UHGV virus genome: UHGV-0242533
DNA: 64,000 nt
Direction: 5' to 3' (one strand)
Source: a virus
Shown: positions 35,805 to 46,333 of the stretch, piece by piece
Layout: every line of letters begins with the position of its first letter
Numbering within the stretch: the stretch's first letter is position 1
Notes under the pieces: model-generated
The model's database searches: none
Told to the model about the DNA's origin: nothing
The model's input: only the letters and a program-made list of their open reading frames with translations
Translations under genes and position numbers: made by a program

Positions 35805-36538
35805 GTCGTCGTCAATCACGGAAAGAATCACGGAAAGACCTTCGTCGGGAAGCACTTGTTACTCGTAAGGGTAAGCGAGAGTATGAAGAGGTGGTTTTAG
35901 CAAAGCCTGTAGTCCCTCAGAACCAGTTTCAGTCTGAGCTACTCAATGCTATTAAGACTAAACAAGTTGTGTTCACAGACGCTCCTGCGGGCTGTGGTAA
36001 GACCTTTGTAATCACTTCCACGGTTATCGATGCACTGAAGAGTGGTAAGATTCAGAAGATCATCCTGAGTCGACCTTCAGTTGGCATGGGTAACTCTCTT
36101 GGGTTACTTCCGGGAGGAATGCGTGAGAAGTTTGAACCATACCTGATGCCTATCATTGATGTTATTACTCAGCGATACGGTAAGGGATTCTATGAATGCC
36201 AAATCGGAAATGGTAACATTGAATTTGTACCTCTGGAATATCTCCGTGGTCGCTCTTTCAATGATGCCATTGTTATCGTAGATGAGTTCCAGAACACAAC
36301 TAAGGATGAAGCCTTCTCCATCATGACTCGATTGGGAGAAACCTCTCAATTGTTCTGTATGGGTGATACAAACCAGCATGATATGCGTGGTCGCGAGAGT
36401 GGTCTAACTTGGGCTACTAACTTTATTGATGAACACGATCTGTATGAGTTTGCTGAGATTGTAGATGGTGAATCAGATGATATTGTTCGTTCTGGTTTCT
36501 GTAAGGCGATTGTTAAAGCAATGGAAAAGAAAGCTTAA
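35801..36538 (+). CDS. phoH: PhoH-like ATPase
   Basis: Walker A APAGCGKTF, Walker B IVIVDEFQN, GDTNQHD. Confidence 0.75.
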   Translation: MSRRQSRKESRKDLRREALVTRKGKREYEEVVLAKPVVPQNQFQSELLNAIKTKQVVFTDAPAGCGKTFVITSTVIDALKSGKIQKIILSRPSVGMGNSLGLLPGGMREKFEPYLMPIIDVITQRYGKGFYECQIGNGNIEFVPLEYLRGRSFNDAIVIVDEFQNTTKDEAFSIMTRLGETSQLFCMGDTNQHDMRGRESGLTWATNFIDEHDLYEFAEIVDGESDDIVRSGFCKAIVKAMEKKA

Positions 36539-36549
36539 ACAGTAACTTA

Positions 36550-36558
36550 TAATGTATA
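36550..36558 (+). promoter_or_regulatory. phage-type promoter element TAATGTATA
   Basis: Exact 9-mer 37 nt upstream of ATG 36595; same 9-mer at 41307 and on the minus strand at 50680. Confidence 0.45.
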
Positions 36559-36594
36559 CTCCTTAGTGTACACTGATATATTAAGGAGTTCTAA

Positions 36595-36912
36595 ATGGCA
36601 GACCATGTAGGAAAGAGAGATTATGCACAAGAAAGACGTACCGCAATTGCCCGTGGTGAAACAGGCGTTGGGAGCAAGAGCGGAGATGCTCAGCGCCACC
36701 GTGCACGTCGCATCGTTGAAAAGCGCGATGGAAAAGCTGCTGTCAGAGGTAAAGACGTTGGACACAAACGAGCTGTCAAGTCTGGAGGCTCTAATGCGTC
36801 AAGCAACTTACGTGTTGAATCAGTCAGCTCAAACCGTTCAAACGGCGGCAAAAGTGGTGATCGAGCTGGAAAAGCAGCTGGAGCACGCAAAGGGGCTTTA
36901 AGCTCATCGTAA
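36595..36912 (+). CDS. basic Gly/Ser/Arg/Lys-rich low-complexity protein (105 aa)
   Basis: ATG with AAGGAG RBS directly after promoter element; an overlapping ORF in another frame (36623..36901) also looks protein-like. Confidence 0.45.
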   Translation: MADHVGKRDYAQERRTAIARGETGVGSKSGDAQRHRARRIVEKRDGKAAVRGKDVGHKRAVKSGGSNASSNLRVESVSSNRSNGGKSGDRAGKAAGARKGALSSS

Positions 36913-36917
36913 TATGA

Positions 36918-36950
36918 GGCTACCCAAATGGGTGGCCTTTTCTTTTATAT
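36918..36950 (+). terminator. rho-independent terminator
   Basis: GGCTACCC-AAAT-GGGTGGCC + TTTTCTTTT. Confidence 0.6.
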
Positions 36951-36980
36951 AAACCAAAATAAACTTCTTAGGTAATAAAT

Positions 36981-37235
36981 ATGTCTATTGTAAAAATCGT
37001 AAATATTTTTGATGTAACCAGAGATGGCAAGATTGTTAAGTGGACTTTCACTAACCACCACAACAAATCAAACAAGATCATCGAACGGATGATTGAGATT
37101 AACCCAAAAACAGCTCGCACTAACGTACTCCTTCGCGGAGCTGATGGAAAATTTATCTCTTATAAGAATAAGAACGTAGAAAAATCTTTCCGTGTTGCAG
37201 TAGAAAATCTCATCCCATTCCCTAAAGGAGTTTAA
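36981..37235 (+). CDS. tandem-paralogue protein (copy 1 of 2)
   Basis: KTARTNVLLRGADGKFISY...AVENLIPFPKG. Confidence 0.6.
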   Translation: MSIVKIVNIFDVTRDGKIVKWTFTNHHNKSNKIIERMIEINPKTARTNVLLRGADGKFISYKNKNVEKSFRVAVENLIPFPKGV

Positions 37236-37236
37236 T

Positions 37237-37521
37237 ATGAATAAGTTAGCTATGGTTCAAATTCGGGACACATACACTAACCGCCCGGAGCAGAAACCGC
37301 GTACTTGGTCTTATCTGTTGGCTGAAAGTAAGACTATTGACAAATACGCTGTAGGGATTGATACTATTCCAACTAGTGTCACATTACTCCCTCACAAAAC
37401 AGCCAGAACTAATGTGATGTTACGTGATAGCAAAGGTAAGTTTATCTCTTATCGTGATTCAAGAATCAATAATGAAATTAAATCTGCTGTGGAATTTTTG
37501 ATGCCATTCCCAAGAGGTTGA
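37237..37521 (+). CDS. tandem-paralogue protein (copy 2 of 2)
   Basis: KTARTNVMLRDSKGKFISY...AVEFLMPFPRG. Confidence 0.6.
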   Translation: MNKLAMVQIRDTYTNRPEQKPRTWSYLLAESKTIDKYAVGIDTIPTSVTLLPHKTARTNVMLRDSKGKFISYRDSRINNEIKSAVEFLMPFPRG

Positions 37522-37524
37522 GTT

Positions 37525-37938
37525 ATGCCATTACCAGCTAGACACCAAAACCGTTTCCTAGTTCTAAAGTGGGATGATATTGAAATGAATCTCACTGAGC
37601 ACGAACTAGATTTGTTCCATGAATTATTATCAGAGATTCGCTCTGGTATTCCTGAACGTCAGTATGTTGTTATCAGTGATAAACACCCTCAAGAGTTTGA
37701 AGAAGCTTGGGGCATGAAGCTGGCCTACATTCAGAGAGCTATTAGAGAAAGAGAAGAAGTTGCTAATCAGAGGGTTGTGGCCCATCTGGTACGAGAGCAG
37801 CCTCGTGGGGTTAGGTCTTCTTATTCTCCATCTACTTGGGCACAAACAAATGCAGCAATGAGATCATATGCTGTTGATTCCACATCATTGGATGTAGTAG
37901 AAGATAACCAAGCATTTACAGATTTACTTTACCAATAA
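37525..37938 (+). CDS. hypothetical protein (137 aa)
   Basis: ORF. Confidence 0.6.
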   Translation: MPLPARHQNRFLVLKWDDIEMNLTEHELDLFHELLSEIRSGIPERQYVVISDKHPQEFEEAWGMKLAYIQRAIREREEVANQRVVAHLVREQPRGVRSSYSPSTWAQTNAAMRSYAVDSTSLDVVEDNQAFTDLLYQ

Positions 37939-37954
37939 TTTAAAGGAGTATAAA

Positions 37955-39799
37955 GTGAGCAACCCGGACGCTCTTCCATTTTTGACAGAGATGACTGTCG
38001 CTGATATAATCTCTAAGCAAGCAAAGCACGGAGTGAGTTTCAACCGAAGAAATGCTCGGTGGTATGTTCACCTCCTTAAAGAGATTATTGTTAATATTGA
38101 CAGAGAGTTGATTCCTCTCTTACCTAAGATGAGATTAGATGGCTCTACTTACATGAAGCCGTTTAAGAAGTCTGGAGCTTTACAGAAGTGGCCTCAAGCC
38201 TATTGTGATAGGGTTGGGCTGAAGAGAGAAGATATTGGTGGAGCTTTCACCTGTGTCGAATACGTAGACTTTGACCCATCGAAAGATGCACGAGTTAAAG
38301 AAGCTCTTATGGATGAGGGCTTTCTTCCTCCAGAGTTTAACGTATCTAAGAAGCCTTGGAATACTTTCGAAATTAAGAAAGATATGAGAAAGTATGGAAC
38401 ATACCAAGCATGGTATACTGCTTGGATGCGAGGTAATGCTAAGCAAAAACAGACAGCCGAGATGGTTGACGCTGATATTAAGAAGTTCTTAGAAAAGCAT
38501 TTCAGGTTTAAGACTAAGAATTACATGAAGGCTTACGTATTTGGTTTGGGGTTGAACCCTAATCGCCGTAATCCTGTAACGTTTGATGAGATTAAGAAAG
38601 CACTAGCCACATCAAACAAGTGGCCTACAGCTCCTACAAACCTCGAGGAGACTCTTGAAGAAGGGTTAGGGGGTGAGCTAGGGAGTGTCGGAAGTTTGCT
38701 TAAGAAACGCGTTGTAGCGGCTCACAGGCTAGGTCTTATCAGTGGACTCATAGCAAAGGAGCGCGAAGATGGTAAACTTTCGGCAGAAGCTAACAGCTGC
38801 GCTACGCCGACTTTTCGATTCAAACATCGTATCGTGGTTAATATTCCCTCCCGTGGTCTGTTTGGTCACGAGTGTCGCAGTTTGTTTGAGTCTGACTATA
38901 ACTCAGACAGTGATCACTCTCGTCCTTTCGTTATTACTAACGTTGTTCCTGATGGTTGTTATATACGAAAGGGTACTAACGTAATTTACGAGAAAGGTAA
39001 GCCGGGGAAGAAAGACAAACCTGTAGGTGCTTACAAATATTACATACCCGCTGGTAAAGAAGTATTCTTAGGGTATGATGGTTCTGGACTTGAACTTCGT
39101 ATGCTCGCTCACTACCTCATCAAAGAGTGTAGAGATATGCTTGCTGAAGCAATCGAAGAGAACAATCCAGCTAAGAAAGCTCTGGCAGAACGCGGTCTAG
39201 CTTCTGCTATTATGTATCGTGATATTCTCCTTGAAGGTGATATCCACTCCCACAACCAGAAACTTGCTGGTCTTCCTACTCGTGACAATGCTAAGACATT
39301 TATCTATGCATTCAACTACGGTGCTGGTGATGCTAAGCTTGGTTCAATTGTAGGTGGTGGGGCTGACGAAGGTTCAGTGATGCGAGCACGTTTCTTAGCA
39401 GAGAACCCATGTATTGCAATCCTCATTGATCGCATGACAGAGAAAGCTGCTCAAGGATACTTGATTGGTGTTGATGGTCGTAAGATTACAATGAGACGAG
39501 ATGCCACTGGTAAAGTTATGGTTCATAAAGCCCTTAATACACTCCTGCAATGTGCTGGTGCTGTTGTTATGAAATATGCTATGATGTTCCTTAACAAGTG
39601 GATTGAGAAGGATGGGGTTCGTTGTGCTAAGGTAATTGATATGCACGATGAAGGCCAGTTCTCAGTGAATCGTAATGATGTACAGAAACTCAAAGAGCAC
39701 ACTGAGCTTTGTGTTAAGAAGGCTGGTGAGTACTTGAACATGGAATGTCCTCTGGCTTCTGATTGTCAGATTGGATTAAATTGGATGCATACGCACTAA
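37955..39799 (+). CDS. DNA polymerase I family, polymerase domain as a separate gene
   Basis: Motif A DGSGLELR, motif B RDNAKTFIYAFNYGAG, motif C HDEGQF; GTG start with AAAGGAG RBS. Confidence 0.85.
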   Translation: MSNPDALPFLTEMTVADIISKQAKHGVSFNRRNARWYVHLLKEIIVNIDRELIPLLPKMRLDGSTYMKPFKKSGALQKWPQAYCDRVGLKREDIGGAFTCVEYVDFDPSKDARVKEALMDEGFLPPEFNVSKKPWNTFEIKKDMRKYGTYQAWYTAWMRGNAKQKQTAEMVDADIKKFLEKHFRFKTKNYMKAYVFGLGLNPNRRNPVTFDEIKKALATSNKWPTAPTNLEETLEEGLGGELGSVGSLLKKRVVAAHRLGLISGLIAKEREDGKLSAEANSCATPTFRFKHRIVVNIPSRGLFGHECRSLFESDYNSDSDHSRPFVITNVVPDGCYIRKGTNVIYEKGKPGKKDKPVGAYKYYIPAGKEVFLGYDGSGLELRMLAHYLIKECRDMLAEAIEENNPAKKALAERGLASAIMYRDILLEGDIHSHNQKLAGLPTRDNAKTFIYAFNYGAGDAKLGSIVGGGADEGSVMRARFLAENPCIAILIDRMTEKAAQGYLIGVDGRKITMRRDATGKVMVHKALNTLLQCAGAVVMKYAMMFLNKWIEKDGVRCAKVIDMHDEGQFSVNRNDVQKLKEHTELCVKKAGEYLNMECPLASDCQIGLNWMHTH

Positions 39800-39992
39800 A
39801 TTCAGAACTGAAAGACCGGAACACAAATGAACTAGTCTTATTGAGTAGTTCATCATAAGGAGATTGAAGTGGAAGAGATGCCATCGGATTGGTGTTATCG
39901 TCAAAGCGCCATCTGTAGTGAACAAGGACGTGCTGATGAAGCACAATACTATTTAGAATTAGCTGAATTATGGAAAGAGAGAGAGGAAAAGA

Positions 39993-40169
39993 ATGACTGC
40001 AACTGAACTAAAAGAAACCCTATCAACTGAAGAAGGTAAAGCTTTCTTCTTATCTCAAGTACACTCTATGGGTAAAGATGCCCTTCGCCAAGCAGTCGTT
40101 GAGTTAACTGGTGTAGTGATTGATTTGAGTATTGAAAATGAGACACTTGAAGCTAAAGTGAATAATTAA
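39993..40169 (+). CDS. hypothetical small protein (58 aa)
   Basis: Not in ORF track; ATG with GAGGAAAAG upstream. Confidence 0.35.
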   Translation: MTATELKETLSTEEGKAFFLSQVHSMGKDALRQAVVELTGVVIDLSIENETLEAKVNN

Positions 40170-40215
40170 ATAAGAAGCTGCCTTAGGGCGGCTTTTCTTG
40201 TCTAAAGGATTTGAC

Positions 40216-40608
40216 ATGAATATTGGTTTAGATTATGATGACACTTACACAGCAGATAGACGTCTGTGGAGAGATGTGATAGGCTTGATGAAAGAGTACG
40301 GACATGATGTAAGATTCGTGACTTTCCGTTTCTCAGAGCCTAATGGTTATGATAATGTAGATATCCTCTACGATGCAGAAACCCTGCAAATTCCTGTCAT
40401 CTTTTGTAATGGTGTGCAGAAGGATGAGGTATGTCGACAGTTAGGTTTCTTTGTAGATATCTGGATTGACGACTTCCCTGTTGGAATCCCCAAAAAGGAC
40501 CACCTAGATGGGATGCTGAAGGGAGTAAGACTTAACGACCTTAGGGCAGCACCTCCTGTAGAAATACCCGCCCCTGTGTACTCTGAAGAGCCGTTGGTGA
40601 TACGTTAA
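40216..40608 (+). CDS. HAD-superfamily phosphatase (5'(3')-deoxyribonucleotidase-like)
   Basis: Motif I IGLDYDDT near N-terminus, IWIDD later. Confidence 0.5.
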   Translation: MNIGLDYDDTYTADRRLWRDVIGLMKEYGHDVRFVTFRFSEPNGYDNVDILYDAETLQIPVIFCNGVQKDEVCRQLGFFVDIWIDDFPVGIPKKDHLDGMLKGVRLNDLRAAPPVEIPAPVYSEEPLVIR

Positions 40609-40757
40609 TAAGGAAGAAGAATGATTTGGGTTCACACATATAAGATTGGAAAGAAAGAGATGACCGTTGTACATCACTCCGAAGAAAGCGCTAATGCTTC
40701 CAAGGTAATCCTTAAGGGAGAAGTTAAAGTATACGCTGAAGTAAAAGGAACAGAAAA

Positions 40758-40946
40758 ATGATCAATAAAATTAAAGATAATGAATACATACTTAATTCTT
40801 CTATTTTAGATAATGGAAATATTATTGATTTCATTACTCTTTCAGAGCTAAAAGAGTTAGTAGATTCTTTATACTCAGAGGAACAAAATCGCTTGTTACA
40901 AGAGTCTCTCAGTGGGGACTATGTTTGTGATGGTTGTTTAATTTAA
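40758..40946 (+). CDS. hypothetical protein (62 aa)
   Basis: ORF. Confidence 0.45.
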   Translation: MINKIKDNEYILNSSILDNGNIIDFITLSELKELVDSLYSEEQNRLLQESLSGDYVCDGCLI

Positions 40947-41306
40947 CTTTCTTTATATTAGGTAATAAGTAATGAGTATTTATAAGAAGTTTCTTATCTT
41001 TGTTTCAGTCTGTTTAGTGTTAGATATAATAATTATTTATTCTTTTAAATAGAGAATCAAAGTCCCTAGGAGTCCCTACAACCTAAATCAAGGATTCCTT
41101 AATTCTCTATTTTTATCTCGCAGGTGGCTCCTGCCCTTCCGGTAGTCTCTCAATTTCTTACAAACTTATGAGAGGTTGTCGTCTGCGCCTTATCGTCGTC
41201 AGTCCCGTGCAATAACTTTATCAGCTATACAATATATACATTACTAGTGTGTTATATCTACTACCAAAGATACTTATATTATATAGTACTCTTATCGGTA
41301 TAAGCA

Positions 41307-41315
41307 TAATGTATA
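41307..41315 (+). promoter_or_regulatory. phage-type promoter element TAATGTATA
   Basis: Exact 9-mer 59 nt upstream of ATG 41374. Confidence 0.45.
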
Positions 41316-41373
41316 CTATACATAACCGCTCAAAGAGAGCAACAATCTTTCAAATTAAATAAGGAAATTAGTA

Positions 41374-42120
41374 ATGAGCATGATTCCAACTATCGCAACT
41401 TCTTCCCGTAAGTCCAACTACGATGTAATCCCTGATGGTGAGTACGAAGCACGTATTGTTCGTGTAGTAGGTTTGGGTGTTCACAATCGTGACCCTTGGA
41501 TTGACCCGAAGACCAAAGCAGTAACTCCTAAGAATCCAGCTTTCCGTATGGATTTAGCTTTCGAGCTGATTGGTGTTGATGCTACTGGTAAAGATTCCGA
41601 TGGTAAGGCATTAGAACCACGTCCGGCTTGCCAGTTCAAGAGCTATGATGTAAACCCACGAGCTAAGAACTCTGGTATTCTTGATCTTTGCAAGATGATT
41701 GACCCAAGTATTCAAGCACTGAAAGGTGATCTGTCTTGGTTCAAGGATGTTCTGTTAGGACAGCCTGTTAACATTCTGGTTAACTCTTACACTAACAAAG
41801 CTGGTGAAGTTAAAAACTCCATCAAAACCATTTCTCCAATCCCAACCAAATATCGTGCAGCAGTTGGTGAAGCTCGTAGTCCTCTGGTATTCTTCGAACC
41901 GTATGCTGAAACCGATGAGAACGTAGCATCCTATCAACTGATGTTCCCGTTCCAGCGCAACCTGCTTACCCAAGCTAATGACGCTAAGAACATGCCTCTG
42001 GCTGGTCGTGAAATTACTCGTGCTTCTGAGACAGAACAGAAAGAAGCTACTCCTTCAATCCCTACGATTGATAAAGAGCCTGCTTCTACTTATGAAGACG
42101 ACAACGATTCGCCTTTTTGA
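41374..42120 (+). CDS. putative single-stranded DNA-binding protein
   Basis: Acidic C-terminal tail ending EDDNDSPF (compare SSB DDDIPF); position in replication module. Confidence 0.5.
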   Translation: MSMIPTIATSSRKSNYDVIPDGEYEARIVRVVGLGVHNRDPWIDPKTKAVTPKNPAFRMDLAFELIGVDATGKDSDGKALEPRPACQFKSYDVNPRAKNSGILDLCKMIDPSIQALKGDLSWFKDVLLGQPVNILVNSYTNKAGEVKNSIKTISPIPTKYRAAVGEARSPLVFFEPYAETDENVASYQLMFPFQRNLLTQANDAKNMPLAGREITRASETEQKEATPSIPTIDKEPASTYEDDNDSPF

Positions 42121-42129
42121 GGATAAATA

Positions 42130-42543
42130 ATGGAAGAAATCTGGAAAGATCACCCCCATCACGATTTCCTTTCCGTATCATCTTTTGGTAGAGTTAAGAT
42201 TAAGCCTTTCACAGCCATAACAAATAATGGTGGAGTCAGGCTTTTCGTAGGAAAACCATACAGCGGATACAGAGAGAAAGATGGAAGGATGGTATTTATA
42301 AACAGGAAAAGGAAGTTTAGGAAAAGGGTTCATATCTTAGTGTGTGAAACTTTTCATGGTGAGAAACCTTTCCCTAGAGCTGTTGTGATGCATCTGGATG
42401 ATAATCCGAGCAACAATAGAGCAGATAATCTTCAGTGGGGTTCCCAAAAAGATAACCTCAATACTGAATCTTTTATCGCCTACTGCAAATCGAGAGTTGG
42501 TGATGATAACCCTCGTATCAAAGGTATGCAGAAATTCATATAA
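42130..42543 (+). CDS. free-standing HNH endonuclease
   Basis: MHLDDNPSNNRADNLQWGSQKDN. Confidence 0.7.
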   Translation: MEEIWKDHPHHDFLSVSSFGRVKIKPFTAITNNGGVRLFVGKPYSGYREKDGRMVFINRKRKFRKRVHILVCETFHGEKPFPRAVVMHLDDNPSNNRADNLQWGSQKDNLNTESFIAYCKSRVGDDNPRIKGMQKFI

Positions 42544-42565
42544 ATAACTCTCCTTGTTATAACTT

Positions 42566-42589
42566 AGCCACCTCCGGGTGGCTTTTTTC
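42566..42589 (+). terminator. rho-independent terminator
   Basis: AGCCACC-TCCG-GGTGGCT + TTTTTT. Confidence 0.6.
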
Positions 42590-42836
42590 GTTGGAGACAA
42601 CATGCAAAACACATTAAGTGATAACTTAGGGTTTATCATTTTCTCAGCTCTTGTATTCTTTGGTGGTATGAAGTTTAACGAATATCAAACAGACAGCAGT
42701 AATCTGGACAAAGAGAAGCACCAGCAAGAGTTAGAGATTGAAAGAAATAGAGCAGCTGATGAAGTTGCTCAGAGGGTTCTTACTGGTTTATCTAACTGGA
42801 AGAAGAACACGGAAACTGTTTATAAAGAGATGCACT

Positions 42837-43741
<905 letters not shown>

Positions 43742-43811
43742 GAAGTCAGAATAAACCAGCAATACTCCTTACTAAGAAAGTAGATAAAGCAGATATGGAA
43801 ATCACTGGAGA

Positions 43812-44426
43812 GTGAAAATGATTAGTGAGTCTAAACCTTTAGTAGTAATTCTCAATGGACCTCCGGGTTGTGGTAAAGATACGATAGCCGAAGAATGGTT
43901 ACTAAAATCCCACATTGCATCTTATTCTCGTTATGTTAAATCCTTTAAAGAACCTATGTACAAAGTAGCCTCCGCAGCATTAGGTTTGCAGTTGGAGGAT
44001 TTTCTGGAATTATATAAAGACCGAGACTGGAAAGAAAAGGCTAGACCTGAATGGGGAGGTAGATCTGTTAGGGATTTAATGATTTCCACAAGTGAGGATT
44101 ACTTAAAACCTATGTTTGGTGAGAACTACATGGGAACCCAAGCAGTAAATAGTATCAAGTCAGAAGGAAGGAATCACAATGATGTTATCCTGTTTACAGA
44201 TGGTGGGTTTGAAGCAGAGATAAGAGAATTAGAGAAGTCTTTCAATGTAGTAGTAGTTCAAGTCAGTAGAGATGGATGTGATTTTTCTGGAGATTCTAGG
44301 AATTATATAGAAGGAAATCAGTTAGAAACTTGCAGATTGTCAAATAACCGGACTATTTCGGAAGCTCGATATTACTTGGATTGGATTATTGCTCAAGTTA
44401 GGGATGATATTTATGGAAGAAGTTAA
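43812..44426 (+). CDS. P-loop kinase (deoxynucleoside monophosphate kinase-like)
   Basis: VVILNGPPGCGKDTIAE Walker A. Confidence 0.6.
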   Translation: MKMISESKPLVVILNGPPGCGKDTIAEEWLLKSHIASYSRYVKSFKEPMYKVASAALGLQLEDFLELYKDRDWKEKARPEWGGRSVRDLMISTSEDYLKPMFGENYMGTQAVNSIKSEGRNHNDVILFTDGGFEAEIRELEKSFNVVVVQVSRDGCDFSGDSRNYIEGNQLETCRLSNNRTISEARYYLDWIIAQVRDDIYGRS

Positions 44427-45231
44427 GCTCCCTGAAGTTGCTCTAGTGGATGCTGACGTTCTTCGATACGAGGTAGGTGCTCTTACTCAGGAGCATCCCT
44501 TCCTTGACACAGGACGTGTTCCAGTTGATTATAATTTCATGATTGAACGACTTCAGTATAAGATTGATACAATCATAGCTCGCTCAGGTTGTAGTAATGT
44601 TGTGTTCTACTTCAGCGAAGGTGGTAACTTCCGTTTCGATATTGCTAAGCAACAAGATTATAAAGGTAATCGGGCGATATATGAGAAACCCTTCCACTGG
44701 AAAGCGGTCGGAGATTACATCAAAGAGCACTATGAGTATGTTGACGTCTTTGGTAGAGAAGCGGATGACGCTCTAGCTGAGAGGCAGCGTAGAGACAAGA
44801 ACACTATCATTTGTACTAGAGACAAAGATTTATTAATAACCCCCGGATGGCACTATCGCTGGGCTTGTGGAGAAAGGCAGAAAGAGGTTCCCCCTCACTA
44901 TGTATCTGATTTAGTCTCATGGCAAAACTTCTTCTATCAAATGTTGATTGGAGATGGTACGGATAATATCCCCGGATGTGGGGAACGTAAAGAAGTTATG
45001 TGGGGCGGTAAGCTTCAGCTTCGACGTCAAGGCATAGGGAAGAAGGCAGCAGCTAAGTTACTGGCTGATGTTACAGATAAGTGGACCATGTATCATATAG
45101 TACGAATGGAATATTATAAGAAGTTCGATACTGAAGATGAAGAGAAAATGCTTGAGAATGCTCGGCTGCTCTTTGTTGGTCAGACTCCTGAAGACCTGTT
45201 CGACTGGACATGGTTAGATAAATCTTGGTAA
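44404..45231 (+). CDS. 5'-3' exonuclease / flap endonuclease (FEN family)
   Basis: VALVDADVL, READDALA, TRDKDLL, LIGDGTDNIPGCG motifs. Confidence 0.75.
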   Translation: MIFMEEVKLPEVALVDADVLRYEVGALTQEHPFLDTGRVPVDYNFMIERLQYKIDTIIARSGCSNVVFYFSEGGNFRFDIAKQQDYKGNRAIYEKPFHWKAVGDYIKEHYEYVDVFGREADDALAERQRRDKNTIICTRDKDLLITPGWHYRWACGERQKEVPPHYVSDLVSWQNFFYQMLIGDGTDNIPGCGERKEVMWGGKLQLRRQGIGKKAAAKLLADVTDKWTMYHIVRMEYYKKFDTEDEEKMLENARLLFVGQTPEDLFDWTWLDKSW

Positions 45232-45244
45232 TAAGGATATTATA

Positions 45245-45424
45245 ATGGGTAAATTTGATTATCGTTCATATGATGAAAACTCCTCCAATCGTGAATCTCG
45301 TAAAGACCAAAAGATCAAACATCAACTGTTTGATCAGCGGACTGGTCGTATTCCTCGTGAGGGAAAAGTGAGCCATCGTGTAAACAAACGAGTTTGGGAA
45401 GAAGCTGATTATGGCGAAGTCTGA
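45245..45424 (+). CDS. hypothetical small protein (59 aa)
   Basis: Not in ORF track; ATG 45245. Confidence 0.35.
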   Translation: MGKFDYRSYDENSSNRESRKDQKIKHQLFDQRTGRIPREGKVSHRVNKRVWEEADYGEV

Positions 45425-45812
45425 GAAGACACGCTGTAGTGGAACGTGGACTGAAGCTCGTTATAACTCTTTCATCAAGTCAGGGATTCGTTCTCTGACT
45501 AGAAAGTGGAAGCCCATGTTCGATGCACTAGCAGACGCCAAGACAGAGCAGAAGATTAATCCAAAGACAGGTAGACTGGCAATGCACTTTAAGTGTGCCA
45601 TGTGTGGTTCTGACCACCCTGTAAAGGACATGGCTATCGACCATATAAATCCTATCGTACCTCTTGACCATGAAGCAACTTGGGATGAAATAATCTCTCG
45701 TGCTCTGTGTGAGAAAGAGGGTTTTCAGGTTCTGTGTAAAGACCCTTGTCATAAACTAAAAACTAAGACGGAAAATGATGCAAGAAAACAATTCAAAAAA
45801 GGAAAAGAGTGA
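45411..45812 (+). CDS. His-Me finger (HNH-like) endonuclease, possibly endonuclease VII-like resolvase
   Basis: C-x2-C...DH...H...LC...C pattern (CAMCGSDHP...IDHINP...LCEKE...CKDPCH). Confidence 0.5.
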   Translation: MAKSEKTRCSGTWTEARYNSFIKSGIRSLTRKWKPMFDALADAKTEQKINPKTGRLAMHFKCAMCGSDHPVKDMAIDHINPIVPLDHEATWDEIISRALCEKEGFQVLCKDPCHKLKTKTENDARKQFKKGKE

Positions 45813-46032
45813 TGATCAAAAATATACGCAACAAGTGCTTCGCTTTCGCTATCGTAATTGGAGAGGCGAGGTTGCTGACCGGTCCGTTATTCCACTCCGA
45901 ACCTCCGTTGCTAGCTCCCGTTTTCATAACGGTGGCAAACCTTGTTGGATTATGACAGCGATTGATGTAGATAAAGATGAGATTCGAGAGTTCAAGCTCT
46001 CAGATATTATTCAATACTACGATTTGATTTAG
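45775..46032 (+). CDS. hypothetical protein (85 aa)
   Basis: ORF; start uncertain. Confidence 0.45.
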   Translation: MMQENNSKKEKSDDQKYTQQVLRFRYRNWRGEVADRSVIPLRTSVASSRFHNGGKPCWIMTAIDVDKDEIREFKLSDIIQYYDLI

Positions 46033-46040
46033 GAGGAAAT

Positions 46041-46166
46041 ATGATCTATAATCAAGATATTCTAGACGAATTGCTTAAAATGGCAAATCGCCTTACAGCT
46101 ATTATTGAAGAAATAAAAGCCAGAGAAGAGTCTTACTTGGCAGCCGAGGAAAATTGGGATGTATGA
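46041..46166 (+). CDS. hypothetical small protein (41 aa)
   Basis: Not in ORF track; AGGAGG RBS 5 nt upstream of ATG. Confidence 0.4.
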   Translation: MIYNQDILDELLKMANRLTAIIEEIKAREESYLAAEENWDV

Positions 46167-46287
46167 GGATGAATTTGATGGATTTTGAAAAGATAAAACA
46201 GAGCAAAATTGATATGATGAAAAAGTTCAAAGCGGCTTATGATAAAGCTGTTAAAGAAGGAACTATCACTTACAAGAAAATCTAGAA

Positions 46288-46330
46288 ATAAATAAAGCCC
46301 TCTTGGATTGCTCCTTGAGGGCTTTTTCTT
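46288..46330. terminator. bidirectional rho-independent terminator between convergent plus and minus blocks
   Basis: AAAGCCCTC-loop-GAGGGCTTT flanked by A-tract and T-tract. Confidence 0.65.
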
Positions 46331-46333
46331 TTA

